Both the position numbers and the translations under genes were made by a program. DNA of 63,593 bases, filler included, from Licmophora abbreviata (taxonomy: Eukaryota), in the NCBI GenBank assembly GCA_900291995.1. It is 15 parts of 15 records of this genome, joined end to end, with 100 filler letters (N's around TTAATTAATTAA, not from the genome) between each part and the next. Parts side by side here need not be neighbours in the genome. Positions count along the whole stretch, not along the records: positions 22,975 to 30,849 come from OLMU01001571.1; positions 30,950 to 32,750 come from OLMU01001573.1; positions 32,851 to 39,817 come from OLMU01001574.1; 12 more parts are not named here. The stretch is one strand, 5' to 3'. Positions 23,770 to 34,805 of the stretch are shown piece after piece (position 1 is the first letter of the stretch; each line of letters begins with the position of its first letter). The notes beneath the pieces were generated by a model that was not told where the DNA came from, made no database searches, and worked only from the letters and a program-made list of their open reading frames with translations.

Positions 23770-23885
23770 GCGGTAAATGTTTTCGTCTTGGATTTCATTA
23801 ATGCATCACATTCACGGCATCGGCGACGTCGTTAAGTGTTTTGCACTGCCTTCTACTTGCGAAGAGCGAACAAACGAAGTCAAGC

Positions 23886-26082
23886 ATGCCACCCGTCGAC
23901 TCTGACAGTATCCATCAGTTGATTCTCCAATGTGGCGATGCAACCGCGACCGCAAGGCAGTTCTTGTCCAGTCCGGTGGGCAAAGCTCTTCTGGTTTTTC
24001 TAACGTGCGCCTTCGGGGAAAACCTCTTAACTGCCGCCATGATTGCATTTGCTTTGTATGAGGAAAGTGGCGGTTCAACCGCAACCGCAAGACTGTTCTT
24101 GTCGACTCCATTGGGCAAAGCTCTACTGGTTTTTTTGGCTTGCGCCATCGGGGAAAACCTCTTAATTGGTGCCATGATTGCATTTGCGTTGTATGAGGAA
24201 ACTGATGGCGGTACAACCGTGACGGCAACACATTTTTTGTCCACTCCAGCGGGCAAAGCTCTACTGGTTTTCTTAGCGTGTGCCTTGGGGGGAAACCTCT
24301 TCGCCGCCGCCATGGTTGCATTAGCTTTGTACGAGGCATGCGGCGGTACCGTCGGCGCGATTGCAAGGCGGATTTTGTCCGCATTTCTTGTATTTGATTT
24401 GTACGATGAAAGTGACAGTCGTGCGGCGACCGTAAGAGAATGTTTGTCCTCTCCAGCGGGAAGAGCTTTTCTATTGTTTTTAGCGTGTGCCTTCGGGAAC
24501 AATCTGCTCTCCGCCGCCTTGGTTGCACTGGTTTGTACGAGGAAAGCGGTGGCACAGTCGGCGCGACCGCAAGACAGGTTTTGTCCATTCCAGCGGGCAA
24601 AAGCCTTCTGTTGTTTTTAGTGTGTGCCTCTGGGGGTGCGTTCTTGGGCGACCTTCTATCAATCGCCGCCATGATTGCATTTGATTTGTATGGACCGAAT
24701 CAAGTGCAAAGGAGGGCTGCCACTACTTCTTGCGTTCAACCCGTGACGGTACCCGCCCTCGCAGTTCAGCAGCCGCAGCAGCAGCGTGCTCTTCCGGATT
24801 GTTCCGTTTGTAGCTCGGACCCTGGCGAGCTGACGTGCACCGGTACGGCTCCAACTCATCACTTTTGCATGGATTGCCTCAACGCATATGCGGTTGCGGC
24901 CTTTCAAGAGGGAGGGTCTTTCTGTCGAGAGATACAACAAGGAGCGGAGATTAGCCATGTGGAAGAACTTCCGTGTCCCTTTTTTGAACGTGACGGCTGT
25001 TCCTGCTCCGCCATACCTCATGCCGACCTCCGCAGTCACTTGTCGGAAGAATCGTTTGATCAATGGAGAAGAGCAAGCAACAGAATTGCTGTGGCAAGAG
25101 CTGATCAAGAGCGTCGGAACGTTGAACAAACACAGGAAAACCGCGCGGCCAAAATGGTGTAAATCATCTCCTTGAAGCCGTTCGGGAAGCTCTAAGCCTT
25201 GGAGCTAGTGTAGCGTGTCCGAATTGTGCCTTCCGAGGGGAGAAAGATGAAGCCTGTATGCACATCACGTGCGAGAACTGTCGTTCTCACTGGTGCTATT
25301 GCTGTGGTCGTCCTCGCCGTGTCGAGGCTGCAGTTGTGTGCACGACCTGTGATGTTCATGACATCTACATACAGAACCACCCAGGATGGAATCAGTATCA
25401 GCAAGAGCCAGGGGAGATTCTTGCGTTCGGTGCTCTACACGAGTTTCATCGGCGCAGAATGGCGTATTTTATTCGTCGTCTGACCGAAGGCGTACCTCAG
25501 GCACCATGGCAAGAGTTATGGGAGCAGCACGGCGAAATTCTCAACCAAGTCCCAACCCCAAATCGTCGTATTTCTCTTCAAGATATCGAGAACGCTGAAC
25601 CACCTGTTTTTGATCAGACCCCACTTGAGGCTGTACAGTGGCTGGGCGATATGGACCCCATTATGGCCAGACTCCGACAAGAATTGCCAGATCCAGCAAG
25701 AAGAAACATGGAAGACGACACGCCAGCACAGCCGCGACGACAACGCAGGCAACGTACGCCGGTACAGCCGCGAAGGCAACGCGAACAACGCGAACAAGAG
25801 CGGCACGACAACCACCAGGTGGAAATTGATGCACTTTTGCATGCTGCCGATATGGATCCCGAGATGACGCATGCCTTGATAGAAAGTCTTCTGCTGCAAG
25901 AGCAGGAAGTAATTGAGCCCCAAAATATCGATGTGACGCAGGAGGAGGAAGGAATAGAACCCCAAAATGTCGGTGCGACTCAGCCCGACGAGGAAGTAAT
26001 CGAGCCCCAAAGAACAAATGCCGGCCGTCGTCGACGTCGCATGCTCCCTTTTCGAAGGAGGCGGGGAAGAGTTGAGATTTGA
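23886..26082 (+). CDS. RBR-like E3 ubiquitin ligase with N-terminal hydrophobic tandem repeats and a UIM-like motif (frameshifts ~24530 and ~25150)
   Basis: RING1 CSVC...C...HHFCMDCL...CPF; Rcat CPNC...KDEACMHITCENCRSHWCYCC; UIM-like DPEMTHALIESL. Confidence 0.72.
23941..24690 (+). repeat. Coding tandem repeat, ~135-bp (45-aa) unit, five full copies and one internally deleted copy
   Basis: Units start near 23941, 24076, 24214, 24349 (short), 24421 and 24555; consensus TATARxFLSxPxGKALLVFLxCAxGxNLLxAAMIAFALYEESGG. Confidence 0.92.
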
Positions 26083-26489
26083 AGCTCTGGAAGAATTGTA
26101 TGTTAGCCTATGTTTATAGAGAGTATCCTCTAGTGCGCACTGTAGTCTTCGTTCCTCGCAACCGTTGTCCCATAATCCGCCGGTCCCCCCTCAATAGTTG
26201 AGTCGAACGATTGATTCTAAAAAGGGGACGCGCGTTTGACATTTTCTGTGACCGCCGCGCGGCGGACCGCGTGATGGCGACGATGGATGACGTTTCAAAA
26301 AAAGATCGCAAAAGATCAAAAGATCGAATCAATAAGCGCCGAAGGGATAATACGCTGTGAGTGACGAGTTCGGACAAAGATCCACCAGTATTCCAAATAC
26401 AGGCTCACAGCTTTGCCCAGTCTTCTTTGTTTTTCCTTCGCTGAGCTCAAACTTCTGGTTGTAAAACTTAGAGAAGATTCGAACCGAAA

Positions 26490-27425
26490 ATGACCATGTC
26501 GAAAAGCTGGATCGCTCTACTTCTTCTCTCTTTCTCTGCGACGACGAGATATGATTGTGTTTCGGCGTTTGTCGTTCCAACGACTCGACGCACTTTTGCA
26601 AGCCTTCGAGCTGATGCCAGTGACACCCTGAGTGATCAGCAAGAACATGCCCGTGAAGTCTTTCAAAAGTACGACATGGATGACAGTGGCACCATCAGTT
26701 CCAATGAACTGGGCGACATGCTTCGGGACTTGGATATTGACGCCGAAGAAGACGAAGCGCATGCCTTGTTTCGATATCTGGACGACGATGAAGATGGTGA
26801 GATAGATTTTGTTGACTTTCTTCCCTGGTACAGCGATGCAGCGGGAACGGCGCAAGAGATGGCGGCGAGCTTTCAATCGCTTCTGATTGGACGACGAACT
26901 GTAGAACAATTTGATCAGACTCCCGTCAGCGAGGATGTCTTGAAGCGAGCGGTGCAGTGTGCCATTGCAGCTCCGAATAGGAGTATGAGTGAACCCTGGA
27001 GATTCATCAAAGTGGGACCAAGGACGGTCGCCAAGTTTGCTGAACTCAATGCTATGATACGCATGAACATGGAAACTGATGACGGAGCGAGTTCAGTACT
27101 GGATTGGTCAACTGTTCCAGGCTGGTGTGTCGTGACAAGTAAAGTTACACCGAACGACGAGGAGATTGAATTGGAGAACTTTCGATCGACCAGTTGCGCT
27201 ATTCAAAACTTCATGCTGAGTATGTGGAGCGAAGGCATTGGAACCAAGTGGACGAGCGGCCCTGTCCAGAAGACGCAAGAGTTCGCTGATCTTTGCGGTG
27301 TCGATACTCAGTATGAAAAGGTGGTTGGCTGTATCTGGTATGGCTTTGCTGCTGGAGGTATTAAAAATGCGGATCCAAAGCGTCGGCTCAAGACTGTCGC
27401 TGACGTACTAACAAGTCTTCCTTGA
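26490..27425 (+). CDS. Plastid-targeted EF-hand pair + nitroreductase fusion
   Basis: VSA-FVVP presequence; DMDDSGTISSNE and DDDEDGEIDFVDF loops; RRTV..F, APN...EPWRF, AIQNFMLS.WSEGIGTKW. Confidence 0.9.
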   Translation: MTMSKSWIALLLLSFSATTRYDCVSAFVVPTTRRTFASLRADASDTLSDQQEHAREVFQKYDMDDSGTISSNELGDMLRDLDIDAEEDEAHALFRYLDDDEDGEIDFVDFLPWYSDAAGTAQEMAASFQSLLIGRRTVEQFDQTPVSEDVLKRAVQCAIAAPNRSMSEPWRFIKVGPRTVAKFAELNAMIRMNMETDDGASSVLDWSTVPGWCVVTSKVTPNDEEIELENFRSTSCAIQNFMLSMWSEGIGTKWTSGPVQKTQEFADLCGVDTQYEKVVGCIWYGFAAGGIKNADPKRRLKTVADVLTSLP

Positions 27426-27848
27426 ACACGAGACGGAGCGGGACTATTTTTATAGACCCCTGGAGAGGGTGGGATTGGGCGCACTTACTTACCTAACGTA
27501 TGGCAGCTTTTAATCATAATCGCGAGATGCTGCTCTCGTGCTTGCAGGGTACTTCCGCCTTTCGTATCAACCATCTTGGCCGTCGATTCAAGAGTGTCGT
27601 CTTTCAATCATGAATCATCGAAAGCATACCAAAAATCCACAATTCTCACATTATTTCTCAAAACTTTTCTCAAAAATGGTTACAGTAGTTTCAAATTCTG
27701 TGGCGACGACGCACGATGCGACCGACAGCGACGACGAGAGATCAAAGCAGCCATCACCTCTCGACCCTCCCCCGCAGCAATCTATCCACCAGGCCAGGCC
27801 ATTCTGCATCTTGTCTTCAAGCATCACTTAGCTACTTACTTCAATCTG

Positions 27849-28871
27849 ATGTTGAGAGCTCAGGGAATGCGTCGAGCGCGAACACTCGTAGAGCTGCGCG
27901 CGAACACGACGAAGCATCACTCACCGCCAGCCGGCTTCCGGCGGCTCTCCGATGCAGCTTCGCCTCGATCCCCCCACGTTGTCTCACGCCGCGTATACGA
28001 GGCACACCAGCGCCGTCATCCAACGAAAGAAACTCCTGCCTCGTCCTCTGCAAAAAAGGAAGAAAAACCCTGGCCTCGCTCGTTCCAGATTACGGGCTAC
28101 ACCATGGCGGCACTCGGGATTCCGTACTCGATTGCCTGGTTTGCTTCGAGCAACACCCAGACCCGAGAGACCTTGTCTTTACTCATACCCAACCTTGACG
28201 ATATGCTTCGTCATCATTTTGGAGACGAAGAACCCAACAGTGTGAGCTATTGCGATCGCTCGACGGACACGCCACACTTTCAACTCCCCGAGGAGCCAAC
28301 GTTCCAGCAGCGGCTGCAGCAGGAGCGTGTAAAGGAGCTGGATGCACAAGAAGTCAAAGTCCGAGTGCAGATGCGATACAATGGTAGTGATGATGAGGTG
28401 CAGCAGGTCCTAGAGGCGACCGTGTCAGGAAGGGTTCACGCGACACCGAAAGACATTTTACAGTCCGTGGGCTACAAGAACTACGACGCCCCGAATTCGC
28501 GAGTGTCGGTGGACTTTGCGAGTCTTCCCGCTCCAGATGGGGAAGAAGAGAGTGATTTGAATAGTGAAGACGAGATGGTGTCGCTGCCAGATGAAAACCC
28601 TTCTTCGAACCTGTTGCGAGAGACCAGCACATTCTCGACATGGCACTACGTTTCAGCCCCACCGCAGCAGCAAACGACAGCCTCGAGCGCTTCATCACAG
28701 TCATCGACTCAGATGGAAGTCTCACAGTTAAAGTATGAGATTGAGCAGCTTCAGAGCGATCTGTTGGATATCAATTGTACCCGAAATCGCGATGATATGC
28801 AACAAGAGTTGAAGGAAAAGAAGGGAGCCTTGCGAAGCCTCCAGTGGAAGCGACGCCTGCGATGGTCATGA
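27849..28871 (+). CDS. Hypothetical single-TM protein, possibly mitochondrial
   Basis: Arg-rich presequence-like N-terminus, TM ITGYTMAALGIPYSIAWF, C-terminal coiled coil. Confidence 0.55.
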   Translation: MLRAQGMRRARTLVELRANTTKHHSPPAGFRRLSDAASPRSPHVVSRRVYEAHQRRHPTKETPASSSAKKEEKPWPRSFQITGYTMAALGIPYSIAWFASSNTQTRETLSLLIPNLDDMLRHHFGDEEPNSVSYCDRSTDTPHFQLPEEPTFQQRLQQERVKELDAQEVKVRVQMRYNGSDDEVQQVLEATVSGRVHATPKDILQSVGYKNYDAPNSRVSVDFASLPAPDGEEESDLNSEDEMVSLPDENPSSNLLRETSTFSTWHYVSAPPQQQTTASSASSQSSTQMEVSQLKYEIEQLQSDLLDINCTRNRDDMQQELKEKKGALRSLQWKRRLRWS

Positions 28872-28954
28872 GTCCGTGAGTTAAACTGGAAAAGACAGTA
28901 TGATCATTGCCACACATTTATTCTAGCTTAGCTACATACGTTTCGACTGCCATC

Positions 28955-30016
28955 TTAGCTACGCTTTGAAGGCGGCGCGTTCATTCGCGTCGATACACCG
29001 CCTATTCTGGCCATTCGTCGCTCATATTCGTCCTGCGTCCTCCAATCCGGTCCCAAGGTCCACTCCAGTTGGGCATTCACCACTGTACGTTGTCCATTTT
29101 GGCGCATTTCCGTCACTCGTCGCAACTGATACGGCACATTGCGCTGGTTGCCATAGATGAACTCGCCCGTTGCGACATTGTACCCACGGTCGTGAATCCA
29201 GAAATCATCCGACCATAACGACAATTGATCTTTGATAAGTATTTCCGTTCCAGGAACCATTGTACTATTGACAATTGCTTGACCATGCACCATGACGGCG
29301 TGATGTTGATCAGCTTCTGGCTGATTTTGTCGTCCATGACTATGCGCGAGTGGGTGCTGGAGGGCGTACTCGTGGAGGACAGGATCCATGTCGCGACTCC
29401 ATCGAACCTCACACCGAGGAAGCTGCTTCAGTGTTGGTTCCTGCGGCGTACCGCTTTGAAACTCGTGAAAAATACGCGGCCATTGCATGGGATTCGGGGC
29501 GTGCCGAAGCTTCGCTTCCAGGTCAGGGTGCAGTGTGTGCAAGATCATGTCGACAGACGAGTCATTGCTATCTGTCAGCAGAATTCGATAATGCCGGAAT
29601 CGAAAGATGCGCTCCGGCATTCCCTCAAAGTAAAATGCGGCGAGTCTTGCCGAAGTTTCGGTCGGCCCGAGACTTACGTCGGTTTGCTCATCATCATCGT
29701 TCTTGTCGGATACGGGTATTAGCGTGCAGTGAATATGCTCGTGTCCTCCGCCCTCTCGTGGCAGCAGATTCTCCTGACGATCTTCGTAAACTTGATAATA
29801 GTTATCAAAGTCCCCTGAAAAGTGTTCCAACAGAGTCTTCCAAGTCTCGTACGAAGAGGAAGTACTAGCAGAGTCCCAAACTGCTGTTGATGATGAACGG
29901 CAGAAGGCCGGTGTCCTTATCCTCACCGATGGTCGAAGAGAAAATCCAACACAGACATAGACAAGTGTGCTACAGACGAGGTATGCCTTGAGGAATACCA
30001 CAGCAAACAGTCGCAT
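28955..30016 (-). CDS. cpcT: CpcT/CpeT (CRUMPLED LEAF-like) bilin lyase family protein, plastid-targeted
   Basis: FSGDFDNYYQ, HEHIH, RIFRFRHY, WIHDRG...GEFIYG...PYQLRRV; signal peptide ending CVG-FSL. Confidence 0.75.
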   Translation of the reverse strand: MRLFAVVFLKAYLVCSTLVYVCVGFSLRPSVRIRTPAFCRSSSTAVWDSASTSSSYETWKTLLEHFSGDFDNYYQVYEDRQENLLPREGGGHEHIHCTLIPVSDKNDDDEQTDVSLGPTETSARLAAFYFEGMPERIFRFRHYRILLTDSNDSSVDMILHTLHPDLEAKLRHAPNPMQWPRIFHEFQSGTPQEPTLKQLPRCEVRWSRDMDPVLHEYALQHPLAHSHGRQNQPEADQHHAVMVHGQAIVNSTMVPGTEILIKDQLSLWSDDFWIHDRGYNVATGEFIYGNQRNVPYQLRRVTEMRQNGQRTVVNAQLEWTLGPDWRTQDEYERRMARIGGVSTRMNAPPSKRS

Positions 30017-30259
30017 GGCGGATGGAACGGTATAGAGGGACAACAGAGTTGCTCCACCGCACAATGATGATGATGATCATGTTGAAGTTCAGACTGGGAA
30101 AGTGGGCGGTTTAGATTTTGACTTTTTTTGTGGCGCGCCAGTCTGTCCAGCCATCGGACAGCGAGCGAGGTGCAGGAGGACGAGCCAACGATGATGTGTA
30201 CGAGTAGACCCCTCTATGAGGCGTGTAACTGATGTCGTGGTATAGCAAGTCTGACGATG

Positions 30260-30849
30260 TTACGCCTCCCACCCAAGCTCGTCAAAGATTGCTTGTAGAG
30301 CATCTGTGGCACCAGATTCTAGTCGTAGGTCGACGTAGTTGCTCAACGGTGTCTCGACCGGGTTAATTTCAATACTTTGTTTTCCGGACAATGCGGCAGC
30401 ATTGACGTACTGAAACAGAGCACTAGTTCCAATGGATATGCTCAAATCATATATTCGAACTCTTGGCGCCATAGTCCACATGAGAGTGGACATGGATTCT
30501 CCAAGCCTGTCTTCGTAGGTCTGCACCGTTTCATCGCCCAGGTATTCATCAAACAGAACGACGCTTGGGCGCACCGCACCACCACACGTTGTACAAGGAG
30601 GAGGAAATTCAGCAACCTCATCGAGAGACTCATACGAGTCCACTTCAAACTTTGAATTGCAATCTGTACACCTCAGTTTGTACAATTCTCCGTGAAGACA
30701 CAAGACATCGGTCGATCCCGCTCGAGTATGCAGCGCGTCAATGTTTTGTGTCATTACCGTCACGGGGCCAGGTTTGATATGTTTCTCCATCTCTGCAACA
30801 AGGCGATGAGCCTGACTCGGTTCCGCTCCCCGGCATGCCAGCTCTATGC
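30260..30849 (-). CDS. Sirtuin (Sir2/CobB-like NAD-dependent deacylase), 5' end in gap
   Basis: TQNIDALH, LHGEL, CxxC...CxxC, RPSVVLFDE, GTS, IEINP. Confidence 0.92.
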
Positions 30850-31093
30850 NNNNNNNNNNNNNNNNNNNNNNNNNNNNNNNNNNNNNNNNNNNNTTAATTA
30901 ATTAANNNNNNNNNNNNNNNNNNNNNNNNNNNNNNNNNNNNNNNNNNNNTCCAAGCATCGGGAAATTTAGCGCGGCATATGATAGCCTGGGTATACGTTT
31001 ACAATTATATCAGGTAATAGCTATACAGCTGTCAAACATGAATAGTGGGAAAATGCTCCCTTTACATCTATCAATACTTCGATGCTTTTCCAT

Positions 31094-31447
31094 TCAGTCA
31101 GGCACGAAGAGACTAAAAAAATTGCGCGCCTTTTCGGAACAAAACGGCCATACGTGTCCGTAGGCCGTTGATAAGACAACATTGGAGAGAGGTGCTCCGA
31201 AGGGACGGCTTCGATGCGATAGAAAACGGGGCCCAATCGCTTCGGTTGCAACGCCATGAACGTACCGTTTGTCACGAACAGAGTCTCTGGTGAGAATCCG
31301 GATAAAAGGCGAGCGAGGGCCATCGGAATTCTTCGAAAGCCAGCGACGCCCAAGATGAGCCTGATCTGTAATCGCCACGGCATTCAGCGCGAGGGACGCA
31401 GTCAGTGAGAGCGCCCCAAGGACGACGCTTGACTGACGGATCCTCAT
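31094..31447 (-). CDS. Small hypothetical secreted protein
   Basis: Signal-peptide-like MRIRQSSVVLGALSLTASLALNAVA followed by RRWL; no recognised domain. Confidence 0.3.
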   Translation of the reverse strand: MRIRQSSVVLGALSLTASLALNAVAITDQAHLGRRWLSKNSDGPRSPFIRILTRDSVRDKRYVHGVATEAIGPRFLSHRSRPFGAPLSNVVLSTAYGHVWPFCSEKARNFFSLFVPD

Positions 31448-32037
31448 TGTCCTTCAATCGTCGCTATCGGGAAGGGCGAATAAACTACGCAGCGGAACTT
31501 GATATTCTACTCCGGATTTCGTGTGGTCCAAAGCAATACGATAATAGAGGCGAAGCACATGTTGTCATCAGTTGTCGCGCTTTCTCATCAGTTTTTCATT
31601 TCTCAATACGGATTCAAGAGAGCGCGTCGCCTTCGTCTCACCAGGCGTAGTGTTCGTACATGACGTCATTTGACCGTTGTCCGTTGTCGTCTCTCCAAAC
31701 GTTCACATTCCTTTTGTCATGATACTTCTCACTTACTTGGTACTTAGCTCGTGATACGAGTAGAAACGCTACGTTGGTTTTACGAACGAGCTCTATCCCT
31801 ATTCAAATGCTAGACGGAGATCGTTCCCATCGTTCCCTCCGAAAAAATGAGCTCACTTTTTTTTCCATCACAACGACCACATTTCATCGTCTTCATATCC
31901 TAGAACGCCTTGTGTCACTTATCATCTTCCTGATACGACGATCCGAGCTGCTCTTGAAGAGATTGTCATCCTAAGAAAACAGAGAGTAACACAGTCTATC
32001 GGGAATCGGGAAGTCAAAGAGAGTTGTTAGGAGAATC

Positions 32038-34356
32038 ATGAAGACATATGTCACACTTTTCCCGGGTCTCTTCCTTGTGGCAGTTGCATCGGGGTCCCCC
32101 CTCATTGCGAGCGACCCCAAACGCCTTCAGCAGAAGCACAATCGTACCCCTCTGCAGGATGGTCGTACGTACAGTGATGATGAGTCGGAGCTTTCGCTAG
32201 GATCGACTGGTTTGGCTCGAAACAGGCCTGGGCGAAGCATCAAAGGTAGCAATATTCGAGACACCGCCTCTTCCAGCACCACGTAAGTACCATGACTCTT
32301 TGTGTGCTGTTCTGCTTTCAAGGAAAGAGGGGTGACTATGTGCGAAAGCCACCGCCGACTATCACCGTCCCGGCGACTTTATACTGCCACTAGAAATTTA
32401 TGTCGGAGGGACAGAATTTTATGTCCTGATATTTTTACTCTAAAAGAAAGAGTGACGTTGCGGCAGTTTGCTCTTTGACAATAAGCATATTTTTCGAAGC
32501 GTCTCACTTTATCTTTTTCCCGCCACTGGCACCATACCGTCCGTCACATCAACGAACAACAGGCGTCGTTTGCAAACCAGTGTCCCCACCAGCAGCTCGA
32601 CGGGCAAGGGAGGAAACGGAAAAGGTGGCAGTTCAAAAATATCTAAAGGAAAAGGTGGAAAAGGCGGCAGCTCGAAGTCTCCTTCCTCCTCGAAAGCGTA
32701 CACAGCCCCTTCCGTCTCTGGCCAGGGGAGCTTTCCTGGAACAGGAACTCNNNNNNNNNNNNNNNNNNNNNNNNNNNNNNNNNNNNNNNNNNNNTTAATT
32801 AATTAANNNNNNNNNNNNNNNNNNNNNNNNNNNNNNNNNNNNNNNNNNNNAACAACTTCGGTCGGTACCAGATCCCTTCAGCCAAGCTTTTCTGCTTCCC
32901 CGTCCGTTACGGCAGGCACCGGGGCAACAGCTACTGTAGCCCCCAGCGTTCCTCCAGTAGCGCCATCTATCCCGACGGCTGGTGTAGACGGAGCATCTCA
33001 GACTGGTGCACCCGCTGCTGCCCCAACATCAAACTCGAAAGGAAAAACCTCATCCAAAGGTAAAAGCTCATCCAAAGGCAAAGGTTCGACTTCCCCTCCG
33101 CAGGTGGCGCCCTCCCCAGCCCCGACGGGTGCAGTCAGTGCAACATCACCCTCGACCTCACCAGCTGCGGCACCCGTTGGAGGAGCGTCACCGTCGAGCA
33201 CACCCGTCGCTACTCCAGTTCCTACAGGCGCACCCGTTGACTCCAGCCCACCAACGGAGAGCGAGAACTGGCGTGCGAACCTATTGTTGGTCCGACAGTG
33301 AGTACTACTATCACTTTCGAATACTTGATTGACATTGATGTTTCCTACAGGCCCGACTTTGTGGTTTCTGATATTGAGCTGGAGATGCTTTCTGCAGTTG
33401 CGAAAGAGGTCCTAGAGTGTGTAAATCCTGTCCGATCAAGGCGTCATCTCGCAGAAGAGAAGAGTGTGCGACTTTCGGCGGATCCCCAAGACACATATGG
33501 AGGCTCCTGTGGCACGGGCTGTGTCGTGGTCAACGGCGGCATGACGTTCGACACAATTGAAGGCGTATCTGCTGCGGCTGTAAACTGCACCATTGTAGAT
33601 GCGATCCGCAACTCCATGGGCGAGGTGCTCAACGCTGTCGACGGCTTGTTGTTCGTCGTGTTTATTCAGTCTGACACGATCTGCCCGCCTGATCTTGGTG
33701 ATACTACGAGCGACACGAGCGATGGAAGTTTCACCGATGAGACGACTGATGTGGTATCAGGTCAAGACAATGCTGACTCTTCTATCTCAAAAGGGGGTGT
33801 GACGGGGCTTGTAGTCGCCGGAAGCTTCATGGTTGTCCTGTTGGGCGCGTTGGTTGTATTCCGTCGCCGTGCACGTCGAGTCGAAGGGTCAAAAAATGGT
33901 CGGTCCTTCGCGGAAAGGAAGTCTATTGATGATGCCTTTTCGCTCGGTTCCACCAATCCACCTACAAACTTTTCGCCTACAAACTTTTCACCAACATTTT
34001 CCGACCAAAAGTCATCTTTTTGGGGCAAGGAAGGCGTTTTGTGTCTTGATTCGTCCGAAGAGCCGTCGTCCATCTACACAACCAATGGATGCGGGGATGT
34101 CTCAGACGATGTTGCTTCCCCACGAAACGAATGGAGCAGGCATTCGTCCATTGACATGACTTCTTCTGGAGACCAATCTGTGGAAATGCGGTTGGGTCAC
34201 TCCCCGGCGTCGTGCACGTCTCCCACGTGTGTTGCGTGTCGAAGCGGTGGTAGCCGCGGCACCAAGATGGTGAGGCTAAAACCCCAGAAGTTTTTCTCGG
34301 AGTCTTCTCTACAATGTGTCGATGGAGACGACAAGGGCTTGACGACATCTGTTTAG
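32038..34356 (+). CDS. Type I membrane protein resembling diatom silicalemma-associated proteins (SAP-like) with Lys/Ser/Gly-rich segments (intron, gap 32751-32850, frameshift ~33260)
   Basis: Signal peptide; RXL sites (RRRLQ, RSLQ, RRHL); KGGSSK and SSKGK clusters; Cys-containing domain FEYL...IELEML...C...S.DP.D...C...CVVVNGGMT; TM GLVVAGSFMVVLLGALVVF followed by RRRARR. Confidence 0.68.
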
Positions 34357-34805
34357 ACTGAGCTAGCCGAGTCCCTACTGGTGCTACCACGTGTTCTATC
34401 CGACTGACTCCATGGTGCTAATACCATGCATCTAACATGTGAATGTGATATTCAGCAGAAGCCTCTGCTTTTCAAGACCCATGGTATATAAATGGTTAAT
34501 GTTACGCATATAGGATCAGTGAAATAAGTATCGAAAATCATAGGTGGATGCTATGATCTCCTTTACCAACAGAAGAAACCGACAACGTAGCCTACGGTGG
34601 CAAGGTAACCGGACGACAGCCAGGTAACACGAAGCCACAGACGCGCGAGACGCGATGAGATCGAGCGTGTATGACCTTTTTTCGTTTTTCGTTTTTCGCC
34701 CCCTCCGCGGAGCTAGCTCATCACAATGATGAGAGATGCACGACCAGGTCGGGTGTAACAGTAGCTGTCCGCTTGTCGCTGCCTAGATAATCAGCGAACC
34801 CCGCC

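Noticed and set aside
23812..24672. Long antisense ORFs (286 aa and 195 aa) over the repeat
   Set aside because: A by-product of a stop-free repeat unit; the plus-strand frame continues into the RING domains
23941..24690. Regularly spaced repeats resembling a CRISPR array
   Set aside because: Units are contiguous, ~135 bp, in frame and coding, with no unique spacers or cas genes
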